Of a stretch of 64,000 nt of DNA, positions 36,894 to 47,651 are shown piece after piece (position 1 is the first letter of the stretch; every line of letters begins with the position of its first letter). This DNA is from Neodothiora populina (Eukaryota), in NCBI RefSeq assembly GCF_041146345.1, contig NW_027191408.1, forward strand, positions 1,054,001-1,118,000, read 5' to 3'. The position numbers and the translations under genes were made by a program. The notes beneath the pieces were generated by a model that worked only from the letters and a program-made list of their open reading frames with translations, made no database searches and had not been told where the DNA came from.

Positions 36894-37980
36894 ATGTCTT
36901 CGATGGAAGTGAACATCGCTGACAAAGATAAAGATTGCGCAAACAGGTAAGTACTCCTGGATCATTGACATAATGTGGTCGACCCTACTTTACATGCCTG
37001 CACCGATGCCTTCTGAGATATGTCTGTGCGCGCATCTGTCTCGTCGCCAAGTCACATAGATATGTAAAGCTAACCTTTGTTGCCGTCAAGCTACTTCAAC
37101 GATACATCTTTCTCAGATGTGGTCGTTAAATTCGGCAATGAAGAAGAAGGCGTGAATGTGCTTCATCTGCACAAGGTCATCCTTGCTAAGAATTCAGAGT
37201 GGTTCCGCCGTGCCTTCGAGGGATCGCTCAAGGTATATTGCGCTATGCGGCTGGCGGAATTTGTGGTTAGACCATAGCTGACCGTGTTCATATCATAGAA
37301 GTCCAAAGAGCAGGTTATCGATCTTGGTGATGACGACGATGTCGAAGCCTTGATGGCGATGTTACACGGCTGCTACGGCTTACCTCTCAATCTATACGAA
37401 GTGTTCACGCCTTCAGAAGTCGAGAGTGGCATTGGCTCTACAGGAGCCAGAAATTAAATGGGCTTCATCGACCTAAAGTTTGCCTACACTGTCTTCATAG
37501 TCGCCGATAAATACGATGCATCAAGCGTCAGGGCCAGAGTTTTGGAATGTCTGACATACTTGGAAATGAAGATAATAATCGGGGAATACATCGACGGATT
37601 CATTGAATTTGTGGAGCTCGTGGCATCGCACAAGTTCGCCGACAAAACGCGTCCTGAAAATAGCCCTGACGTGGAGTTCAAGGCACATCGACTGCCTAGT
37701 GTTGCACCAAAAGTTTGTGCAGATCCTCATCGATAACCCACTGATATGCGCAGCTTTATTGGTCGACACTGCGTGGAACATCAGTGGATGCACATGCGTT
37801 GGGGAGTGTAGATGGTGTGGCGAAGTGTATGAGGACGTGGAGGATCGTTGCTGCACGGAGTGCGAGCCGTCGAACGGGAAAGGTATAACAAGAGACAAAG
37901 TCTGGTCAGATGGTAGAGTGGGACAACATTTCAAGAAGGACGACGAAGGAGATGTGGACCTTTTCGCAAACTTGGAATAG
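36894..37980 (+). pseudogene. BTB/POZ array copy 3, disabled
   Basis: SYFNDTSFSDVVVKFG..HKVILAKNSEWF. In-frame TAA at 37455-37457 and an extra A at 37644-37647 relative to copy 4. Confidence 0.75.
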
Positions 37981-38783
37981 TGGCCGGTAAGGCATAGCAA
38001 GGCATATCGTCAAGCCATCTTGCACCTTCAGAGGTCTAAGGCGGCGTACGGGAGTGGTCGAACGGTCATGAATACCACAGGCGGTGCCTATCGCAAGGGG
38101 TTATCGCTTGGCTTCGGAACGATCATTATTGAGATTGGTAAATGGGAATGGGCACAACACCTGTGTGCCGAAGGCAGTCAAAACTCCTTGATTATCAGAC
38201 AGAAGACAGTGATCTTCCTATCAGGATTTTGGGACGGAGTTATGGAGTTATGAAGGTAATCAAAGGAGTAACCAATGGATGAGGATGGCAGATAGTTTCC
38301 AGACTTGGGAAATTCAACACTCATTTGATATCAGTGAGAAGATAAGTTTTAAAGAGAGAGTTACAGTACAGAACCCCGTCCCAGTGTATCTGTGCCTACT
38401 ACCTACATAGAAGACGTTTACCCAGCGCTAGAACGTTCGCTGATGAGTTGTTAAGGGGTGCGGCGAGGGGGTTGGAATAGAGGTGACAATGCAGCGTTCC
38501 CAATAATCCAACCTACTGTGGGCCGAGCGTTGCGTTTTCTCGACACGTTCACTCTCTTTTATACCTTGGTGATCGCACGAGCTGCCTTACCGTTGGTTTC
38601 GAAATGCCATGGGGAACCGGGAGTCCTCGTTGAGGTGGGTGCCTAGCTTGACAAAAGCGGAAGGCGCTGCACTCCGCGAAGTGAGCAACTTGACCCCGGC
38701 TTAAGTTCCTCTTCTCTCCCATCTGTTCTTGCTTCCTTCCTCTACACAAGATCCTGAAGCAAATCATCAATCCTCGTATCGAA

Positions 38784-39803
38784 ATGGCATCTGCGGAGAA
38801 TAGTGCTGTCATCACTGTCAAACATGACGCTCACAGGTATCCCTAACGAAGTCACCCCGCTTGTGCAAATTCCACAGCATTTTGCTAAATGACCTGCTAA
38901 GTTATTTTAACAACCCTGTATTGTCAGATGTGATTGTCAAATTTGGCGATCCCGCGAAAAAAGTCCACGTTCTTCACTTGCATAGAGTCGTCCTTGCCCA
39001 GCATCTGGAGTGGTTCCATCTTGCCTTCAGTGGGCCTTTCAAGGTATGTCGCGTCGAAACATATAGACAGGCGGTATCTATAGGTGGAGTGCAAACGTAG
39101 CTGACCATGTTCGAACTGAAGGAGTCGAAGGAGCCTACTATCGATCTTGGCAATGAAGATAACCCTGAAGCCATGATGGCGATGTTGCGTTATTGTTACG
39201 GTCTGGCTCTGATTATAAACCAAATGCCCAAAGACGAAGGTTCCAACGAGGAGCGCCTCCATGACTCTGCAACAAGTATCGAAGCGTCTCGAAAGGCCAG
39301 GGCTAGCCTTGGCATACAATTTGCCTTCGACGTCTTCGTAGTTGCTCATAAGTATAATGGCTCCTGCGTCAGGGAGAAAATTTTGGAAGGACTCAATACG
39401 CCCAATGTTGAAAACGAGGAGCTTATATCACTCTTGCAACTGACAGCTTCTCATGAATTCGCGGACAAACGCCTCCTGAAAAGGGCTTTATCATGGACTG
39501 CCGCGGAGATCGATGATTGAATAGCTCGCAAAGATTTCGTACAGATACTCATCGACAATCCATCGGTATCCATAGCGCTGCTAGTCGACGTCGCCTGGAC
39601 TCTCAACCGTGGGCGATGGATTAAAGAATGCCGCGGCTGTTTCAACGTGCTGGATCCAGAGATAGCCCAGCCTTGCACGAGGTGTGAGAGACCTTTTGAG
39701 GAAAGAGATATCGGAGGCAAAGGCTGGCTCCCGGACGATACCGGGAAGTTTTAAGGATGGTGGACAAAGCAATGTCGACCTCTTTCAGGAACCCGGATGG
39801 TGA
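38784..39803 (+). pseudogene. BTB/POZ array copy 4, disabled or truncated
   Basis: SYFNNPVLSDVIVKFG..HRVVL. In-frame TGA at 39518-39520, with homology to copy 3 continuing past it (FVQILIDNP...LLVDVAW...CRGC...CTRC). Tail frameshift near 39750. Confidence 0.72.
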
Positions 39804-40580
39804 GGCGTACATTGAAGCACATGGCTATGCCATGATGAGCCACGAAAGGTCTGACAATGCAAGTGCCAAAAACCAAGGATGAACACGTCTCCAGACGCTG
39901 GCTACATAAGTAATGTAGCTCACAGACCATTAAAGTTCAGGTCAGAAATCTCATGCCTCATGCACAACCTAAAAGCGATTGAGGACTCTAACAAACAGAC
40001 AGACAAACAGACAGACGATAATCTGCAGACCAGGCATGGGATTCATGAGATGGTTATCGGAGCCATCGGCAGGCTAAGGTAGTGAATAATACATAAGATC
40101 CCTGACCTTCTAGACTTGTTTCTATCTCAATGAAGAAGACGATTTCCAATGAGAGTAGTGATCAGGTCGGCTGAAGTAGCAGTATCGAGCTGACCCAAGT
40201 GTATCTGTAAAGACTTGGACCCATCTATCTTTTACCGTAGTCTTCTGAGAGTAGCCAAGGACTCAAAATATGCAGCAAGACCATGCCGTCTTGTGCTTCC
40301 TTTAGTACAATGATACAGGCAAGCAATCAACATGAAGTGAGGTCTAGAAATGTATCTTATGTCCGTCTCTAACACCGACACTTGTCGAATGACGTCGCAC
40401 AGTCAAACCAAGAGGTCCAAGCTTTTGCACGTCGCCGCCGTCGAGCATCGCAGATGAAATGGACCTTTCATGACAATGATTTGATCTGATGATTTCAGGA
40501 TCTCTACAGCACAACTTCACTTTACCTTTTCTCCTCCTTCTCACGCTCCTCTTTGCGACAGCAACAAAACAAACAACAAA

Positions 40581-41528
40581 ATGTCAGGAGGGTGGAACAC
40601 GATAGAGTCGGACGCAGGCGTCTTCACCTACCTGCTAGAGAGTCTCGGCGTGCGCAATGTCCAATTCGAAGAACTCGTGGACCTAGAGCCGACATCACTG
40701 GCGCAACTATCCCCCCTCGGCGTCATCTTCCTATTTAAATACCTCGGCTCGACGCCCGATTCCCAGCGCGACGGCGCCCTCGACCCCGACGCAGCAGACA
40801 GCAACAAAGTGTGGTTCGCCGCACAAACGATCCAGAATGCATGCGGGACGCAAGCGCTGCTCTCAGTACTGATGAACAAGACGGGAGCCACCGACGGCGT
40901 CGAGCTGGGCCAGCCGCTGTCTGAATTCCGCGACTTCACGCGCGAGTTCCCCGCCGAGTTCAGAGGCGAAGCGCTCAGCAACTCGGATCTCATCCGCGAC
41001 GTGCACAATTCGTTTGCGCGCTCGTCGCCGTTTCAGTCGGATGAGAGCAGAGTCGCGACTGATGACGACGACGTCTTTCACTTCATCGCGTTTACTAGTG
41101 TCGATGGGAAGCTGTACGAGCTTGATGGCCTGCAGCCGGCGCCTATCTCGCATGGCGCGTGTGCGAAAGACGAGTTTAGCGAGAAGGTGATTCCCGTCTT
41201 GCAAAGGCGCATTGCGAAATACCCGCCGGGAGAAGTGCGGTTCAATCTGCTGGCCATGTGTCAGGATCTAAGGATCAAGGCGCGGGAATTCGGCGATCAG
41301 GAGATGCTGATGAGGGAAGAAGAGAAGAGGAGGGAGTGGCAGTGGGAGAACGCGCTGAGACGGCATAACTTTGTGGGCTTCGTCGGCGAGCTGCTCAAGA
41401 GTGTTGTTAAGCAGAAGATCGCTGATGGCTCGTATGATGCTTGGGTCGGTGATGCCAAGGATAGGACGAGGAAGAAGCTCGAGGAGGGCAGGAAGAAGGG
41501 CGCCAAAGTCGATGAGATGGACATGTGA
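40581..41528 (+). CDS. UCH37: Ubiquitin C-terminal hydrolase UCH37/UCHL5 (peptidase C12)
   Basis: GWNTIESDAGVF, QTIQNACGTQA, FHFIA, YELDG, and C-terminal WENALRRHNFVG. Confidence 0.95.
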   Translation: MSGGWNTIESDAGVFTYLLESLGVRNVQFEELVDLEPTSLAQLSPLGVIFLFKYLGSTPDSQRDGALDPDAADSNKVWFAAQTIQNACGTQALLSVLMNKTGATDGVELGQPLSEFRDFTREFPAEFRGEALSNSDLIRDVHNSFARSSPFQSDESRVATDDDDVFHFIAFTSVDGKLYELDGLQPAPISHGACAKDEFSEKVIPVLQRRIAKYPPGEVRFNLLAMCQDLRIKAREFGDQEMLMREEEKRREWQWENALRRHNFVGFVGELLKSVVKQKIADGSYDAWVGDAKDRTRKKLEEGRKKGAKVDEMDM

Positions 41529-42305
41529 AGATGAAGACTACTGTCTCCGGCGAATGGTTAGCCATCACAGGCGCTGTGTATCATGTATTGCTCTTGATAG
41601 GCCGAGGGTGGGATTTCGACGTAAAACGACATGAAAACTGTATGCGTAATGCAGCGCATACCCAGCAAACCATTGCAGGGTTACTCGGTATATGGTGGGT
41701 AGGCTAGGATAGTCTCGATGATACCCCTTTGTGGTGCAGGCCTATCACTCACTCCACATACTATATCTCTCTCTCCCAGGTCATCACTTGCGCGATATGC
41801 TGCGTTCAGAGTGCCTACTGCAGCAGGATGTCTGGCGCAGATATGTTGTTTTGACTTCTTACGTGGCTTTGTTCTTTGATGATCTATGTCACTCCACATA
41901 CTGTGCATGGTCCCCGCGATTGTTTTGTCTCATCTCGGACAACGCTTATAGGTCAGTCTTCTTAGATAGCCACCTATCTTTTGACAGATGAGAGATATCC
42001 TCTCATGTTTCCTCCTCTAAGAATACTTTGGATTCAAAACTCAACAATGTGATGCTTTGTGTCTGCATGCTGTGTTTTCAAAACCTCACTTTCACGTCCG
42101 CTTCCCCTGTTTTGTAACTTCTTATTGTTTGCGCCGAGCCACTTACACGCGCATGTTATGTCATTTGTTCATTGGACCGTAGATTCATCTCTGTATTTAT
42201 ATCTCTTTCCTGTCCTCGTCTTCAGCCAACAACACCAGCAAGACTACAACACCAGAACACTTACCCAGCAGCTTGCCTACCCCAACACCACCGTCTACTT
42301 TCAAC

Positions 42306-43085
42306 ATGTGTCAATACATCCACACCACCTATGAGCCCTGCAACCACTGCAGCATAACAATCGAGATCTGCAGCGGACCAAAAGGTCATCTTCCCTCTCG
42401 CTTCTTTCCACAAGCATCAGGAGAGAAACATGGGTCTCCGTCCATGCCCCTTTCCAAGACCTGTCGCATGATTATCCACGAGCCGAATCAAGTCGATGAT
42501 GCTGAATACTGTCCCCGATGCGCAAGTGGCGAGCCAATTGGTCAAGGGCAGCATGGACATGCCGACGATATTGCTGATGCGACCAAAGTGGTCTCTTCTG
42601 AGGCGCCTCCTTGGGTCATGTGGACTGGTTCGCTGGATGGTCAATTCGATCTATCTCAGTCTCCATCGCTGGATTCGCCTGTCAGAGCTCCGGATAGAGA
42701 TCCGATCATCGGATTGGACGCTGTGACATCTAATTGTGCTACCGATAAGGAGATGGATCCATCTGAAGAAGCAGAGAGCTCACTCCCAGAAAGGCCAGAG
42801 TCGTGGGGACAAACATCGCCGCCGAGTCCTGAACAACCATCACCATTTCCTCGGCAGCTCTCCAGGCGTGACATCGAGCCACTACACAATCACGTTCAGG
42901 ACGAAAAAGGTGTCTCGGCAGGTACAGCGCCACCTGACTCTCCCTTGTTTTCGACAGAACATCCAAAGCCTCGCCAAGGCAGAAGAGGCGGTAGATGGAG
43001 ACGAGGACCGAGAAGAGGTGGTTCCACCAGAGCAGATGCTGGTATGTCCAGGTTAGAAGGTGAAGTTGCGGCAGAGTCAGCGTGA
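42306..43085 (+). CDS. Hypothetical protein with N-terminal MC-x9-CxH...CxxC motif and disordered tail
   Basis: ATG in caacATG context. MCQYIHTTYEPCNHC...YCPRC. Paralog at 43602. Confidence 0.65.
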   Translation: MCQYIHTTYEPCNHCSITIEICSGPKGHLPSRFFPQASGEKHGSPSMPLSKTCRMIIHEPNQVDDAEYCPRCASGEPIGQGQHGHADDIADATKVVSSEAPPWVMWTGSLDGQFDLSQSPSLDSPVRAPDRDPIIGLDAVTSNCATDKEMDPSEEAESSLPERPESWGQTSPPSPEQPSPFPRQLSRRDIEPLHNHVQDEKGVSAGTAPPDSPLFSTEHPKPRQGRRGGRWRRGPRRGGSTRADAGMSRLEGEVAAESA

Positions 43086-43601
43086 TCGGGGCCTGGGAAG
43101 CAACCGTGAGAGTCTCGTATCTCTTCCAAGGCTGGAGTAGCAGCAATATGTGAAATGTGGCCATCAAAACACGGATCTGCTTTCTGTCTCGTCGCATGTC
43201 ATGTATATCTCATGGTCAATACGACAAGTGATGAGAGAATTGAGCCATTATACCTTCTGTTATACCAAGACGTATCCTGAGCCCATGCGCGCAACACATG
43301 ATTGGAGAAAACCCTCATGCACGTAAATTGCGATTGTGCACATGGACAAACGTGGCAAACACGCTTTGGATCATCGGCAGAGACTCCAATTGGTCAAACC
43401 AAAAGATGGTGAGATATGCTTCGCTGGCAGATAGACGGAGGCGTGTGTGGGCAGGTATCCTCGGTCGGATGACTACAGACGCATTCAGCACTTATTGAGT
43501 CGGGGGGTTCCTCTATTCAAATCGTCTTTGCTATTTGCAATTGATAGATCTTTCAATCAAAAGCATTACACTGCGACTTTTCTCATGTGCTGAAATGCAA
43601 T

Positions 43602-44314
43602 ATGTGCCAATATGTATATCATGTATATGAAGAGTGCAATCACTGTACTTACGATTTGGTTCTGTGCAATAAAGCCAAAGCTCGAGGTGGACCAATCGAT
43701 GAGCCTACCAAGAGGCCACAGCGAGAGCTGGATGCCTGTGAGCAGGTCACTGAGCTTCCAGATCCTCATCTGACAAGGTCGGCCTGTTGGAAGTGCGACA
43801 ACGGACTTCCTCCTTCTCCGGAAAGGAAGTTGGGCAGGGACAACTGCAAGCCAGTGACCATGGCTCTCGAACAGCGAAGGGGCATAACAGCGGCTGATGA
43901 TGAGGACGCGAGTAAGATTCTGGGTACGCCTGCCAGCGGCGCAGAGGACATAGTAGCAGACGGAACCAGAACACCGTGACGGGCAAACGCAAAATTGACG
44001 ATACGGAAGCTGACTCTACAGAACCAGGCCTATCGTCCAAGAAAGCCATGACGGAGTCGCCGGGGGTCGGCGGCGAATCTCCAATGTCTGCGATGCAAAT
44101 CGTCTGGCAGCGCCATCGACAGAAGCTAAACGATCAATATGATGCTGGCGGATCCACTTTGTTGCCTGACTGGTTCATGGAAGAGGTACGAAGCGTAGCA
44201 CGAGAACATCTGGAGGGAAAGATGCCCGAAGCGAAGGCGAAGCAAGCTAAGTGGAAGCGCGTAGCAATTGGCCTTCCCTGGGAAGATCTGGAGGAGTTGA
44301 GGGTGCCACTTTAA
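43602..44314 (+). pseudogene. Paralog of 42306 gene, apparently frameshifted near 43960 (or a short intact gene ending at 43979)
   Basis: MCQYVYHVYEECNHC...CWKC ends at TGA 43979. A coding-like frame (NQNTVTGKRKIDD...) overlaps it and continues to 44314. Confidence 0.5.
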
Positions 44315-44720
44315 GGCTGTCGGGGGAGAGCCAGGGCCTGGGTTGTATTGCAAGTATTCGAAAGTGCTAGGTTAATAGAGTACTGCATATGCATCTGGGG
44401 AAGGGCAGCCATATTATAATAGTCCCTTGGTATTAAGGAACGTTTGACAGCGGATGTGGGGCGGCTGTGCTGTCATTGTCATCACAGTGGTACTTGACAG
44501 GTCATTTTCCTAATATACCTTATGCTGCCGCATAGGAACTTCCGCTTTATCATGCCGGTGTCCGTTTTGTCCATTCAGCAGCACAGGAGCATCATAATAG
44601 GCTAGGCAGAGACGTGAAAACATGTATAGCATTGATTGGCGCATGAACGCAGCAGAATGCTCAAGCCATTTTCGCATGACCAGCACCTACTGCGATACTT
44701 GCTACCTGTCCAACGAGTGA

Positions 44721-45032
44721 TCAGCCGCCCAATATATGGGCATCGCCCTTAACAACTGATCTGAGATCCACGTCGCCCACTTCATAGAGCTACCAGAGCT
44801 CGACCATTGTGGCCACACTGACTCGCATGCCAAACCCATATGCTCCAGTATGAGCCTGGAAGTAGGCTCCATCTCCAGCCTCATTGATCTCCTCGGCCAA
44901 ACCGTTCAATGCATCGGAATTCTCCTCGCTGTATTCCAAGCGGGTGTCGTGTACAGATAGAAAGTAGCCTGTGATCTCGTCGTGCCCGAAGGCTATCTTC
45001 TCGCGGCCGCGTTGCAATTCTTTGCGGGTCAT
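44721..45032 (-). pseudogene. Small hypothetical protein gene interrupted by in-frame TAG
   Basis: MTRKELQRGREKIAFGHDEITGYFLSVHDTRLEY...HTGAYGFGMRVSVATMVELW*LYEVGDVDLRSVVKG. TAG at 44790-44792. Confidence 0.5.
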
Positions 45033-45841
45033 GATGCACACAGTCTACAATTTGATGATTAGATCGGGACTCCTACCAAGGTGTTGAAAACAGCAAGCTG
45101 GTATGCCTATGTTATCGTCAAAAAGCTAGAGAGTAGTATGGCTGCCATTCGAGCAGATATAGATGAGCCTGCCTACAGTCTGAAGCGACAGTCGCGGAGT
45201 TTGATAGCTATATATGTATTGAAGACATATCGAAGTAAGGCTCGATGCTTTGCGTATGCCCATTTTGATTGGTAGTCTTTGCTTCAGTGGCGTATGATGA
45301 GCTTGAGAACCATCTGAACGTGCGCTGTCATCATGCAGGCAGTTATACTGAACAAGTCATCGACCAGACGTAGACCACCCACCTGCATGCAGACCACTGT
45401 ATGCATATTGAGAGTGCCGGGGATCCAAGTACCGGCATGAATCCAATAACGTCTGGCACAACGACTGGCAGAAAAACAGAACAAGGTTTTGATAAACATA
45501 TCACCGAACCGACAACAGACAATGACAACGATAAGCTGACCTTACCGTACCTCGCGGGAGGCTTATCGCTTCTTATCACTCCTTATCAACAACCTCGGCA
45601 TTTGCGCCTCTGATGTGACTCCATCCTCTGACGAGCTCTCTCTCCGCAGGCATCTCCGCATCTCGTGCGTGCTACCTACGGAGTCATGGATGTTTATTTG
45701 TAATGATAGTATCATTTTCCTTTCTGATTCTCTAGGTGATTATAACAAGATTGAGTGTATCTGCGTGCTTGATCGCTTGTGCATACTACGACATAAGACC
45801 CGATTACACTGTCCATACATCATCGTCCTCAAGTGACAATC

Positions 45842-47036
45842 ATGCCTACTGCAATCGCAATAAAGAAAGCAGAGGGCAAGCCTGGCAAAGTCTGGTATCC
45901 TCTCGATAAGATAGATGTCCCTCATAAAGACCCAAAACAAGACGAAGTGTGTGACCAGCACTCCCAAGATCTCCTTCTCGATCCCCAGCTAATCTTCTAC
46001 TACCACTCGATAAAAGGTCACAGTCAAGGTCCTTTCAACATCGCTGAACCACCGCGATGTCTTCATTCGTCAGCATCTCTATCCAGGGACGACATTTTCT
46101 GTTCCTCTCCTCGCAGACGCCAGCGGCATTGTGACCTCCACAGGCTCGTCCACCTCTGCAAAAGCCTTCCTTAACAAACGTGTCATTCTCAACCCTGGCT
46201 CCGGCTGGCTCTCATCTCCCCACGGGCCAGAATCGCCTACAGGCTACAAGATTCTAGGCGGAACTCGTTTGAATCCCTTAGGAACATTAACGACAGAGCT
46301 CACAATCTCCGCGTCAGAGCTTGAACTCGCGCCTGCGCATCTCGACGCAGCGGAAGCGGCAGCGTTGCCTCTGGTTGGTCTTACTGCTTGGCGAGCTCTG
46401 AAGACGAAATCCACATACGGAAGCACGCCCGGCTCGAATATCCTGGTGACGGGCATCGGAGGCGGCGTAGCTCTCATGCTTCTTGTTTTCGGTGTAGCTT
46501 CAGATCTCAACGTCTATGTGACTTCTTCCTCGGCGGCCAAACTCGAGAAAGCGAAAGCGTTGGGTGCGAAAGGCGGAGCAGATTATACTGCAAAGAACTG
46601 GCAGGCCGATCTCCTCTCGCGTCTTCCCAAGGATAAACCGAAGTTCGATGCCATCGTAGATGGAGCAGGCACATCGACGCTCATCGCAAATGCCGTCAAG
46701 TTGCTCAGACCTGGCGGTGTGATTGTGTCGTACGGTATGACTACCGCACCAACACTCCCCTTCACCATGGCTGCTGTCCTTCAGAATCTTGAGATCAGAG
46801 GGTCGACCATGGGATCGAGACAGGAGTTCAAAGAAATGGTTGAGTTTGTGAACGGAAAAAAGATCAGGCCGGTTGTTGAGAAGGTTGCCAAGGGTGGATT
46901 GGATGACTTGGACTCGATCGAGGAGTTGTTCGAGATGATGAAGGCCGGGAAACAGTTCGGAAAGTTGGTCATCGAGGTGTCTCCCGAACATGGAGGAGAG
47001 GCAAGGAAGAATCCAGCAGAAAAGAGTAAACTCTGA
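45842..47036 (+). CDS. MDR-family (zinc-type ADH/quinone oxidoreductase-like) protein with PTS1
   Basis: SLNHRD, AAALPLVGLTAWRAL, ILVTGIGGGVA, GSTMGS, QFGKLV; ends SKL. One intron after ...KQDE. Confidence 0.9.
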
Positions 47037-47363
47037 TCATCGTCTCAGGTCTACCTGGGAGTATGCTTGACCTGTCACAACGCTCGGGCATATCTTCTTG
47101 GAGCGTTCATGGTGTTGATAATCATATAGAAGCTTCCACGAGATCAATCGAATGTAAAGTGGCCTCGTCCAGCCATTCGGTTGAGACAATCGATGCTGTT
47201 ATGATCTTGCCGAGGGTTGACAGTCTCCCTTCGTAGACGATGTGACCAGAATGGTGCATCAGCATAGCACTCATCCTTGACAGCCCAATGTTCAAGCAGC
47301 CAACCACGCCGCCTACGACCTGCGTGCCTCTCGAAAGATGGACCTCAGGTCAAAAGAGAAGGA

Positions 47364-47651
47364 TCAATCACTATCCTCGCCTTCAGCATTCCTCTTCCAA
47401 GCATCGACATACTGCCCAACATCAGCAGGATGATAAGCATGATACAACCAAGGCTTCTTCTTCGGATCCCTGACGCACTCTCCTCTGTCCGAGCAAGTCG
47501 GGCATTTGCCACGGTGCGGCACAGTGGCGTGTTGGCACTCCATGTACTTGCACGGGCGACGGCCGCGCTCGATCGCTAGGCTGCAGTATTCGGTGTAGAT
47601 TTCTCGGTCGTGGCGGCAGAAGGGCCAGACCATTCTCTCCATTTTGCACAT
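47364..47651 (-). CDS. Small Cys-rich hypothetical protein (MC-x9-CxH...CxxC)
   Basis: MCKMERMVWPFCRH...YC...PC...KCPTC, 95 aa, no signal peptide. Confidence 0.55.
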   Translation of the reverse strand: MCKMERMVWPFCRHDREIYTEYCSLAIERGRRPCKYMECQHATVPHRGKCPTCSDRGECVRDPKKKPWLYHAYHPADVGQYVDAWKRNAEGEDSD

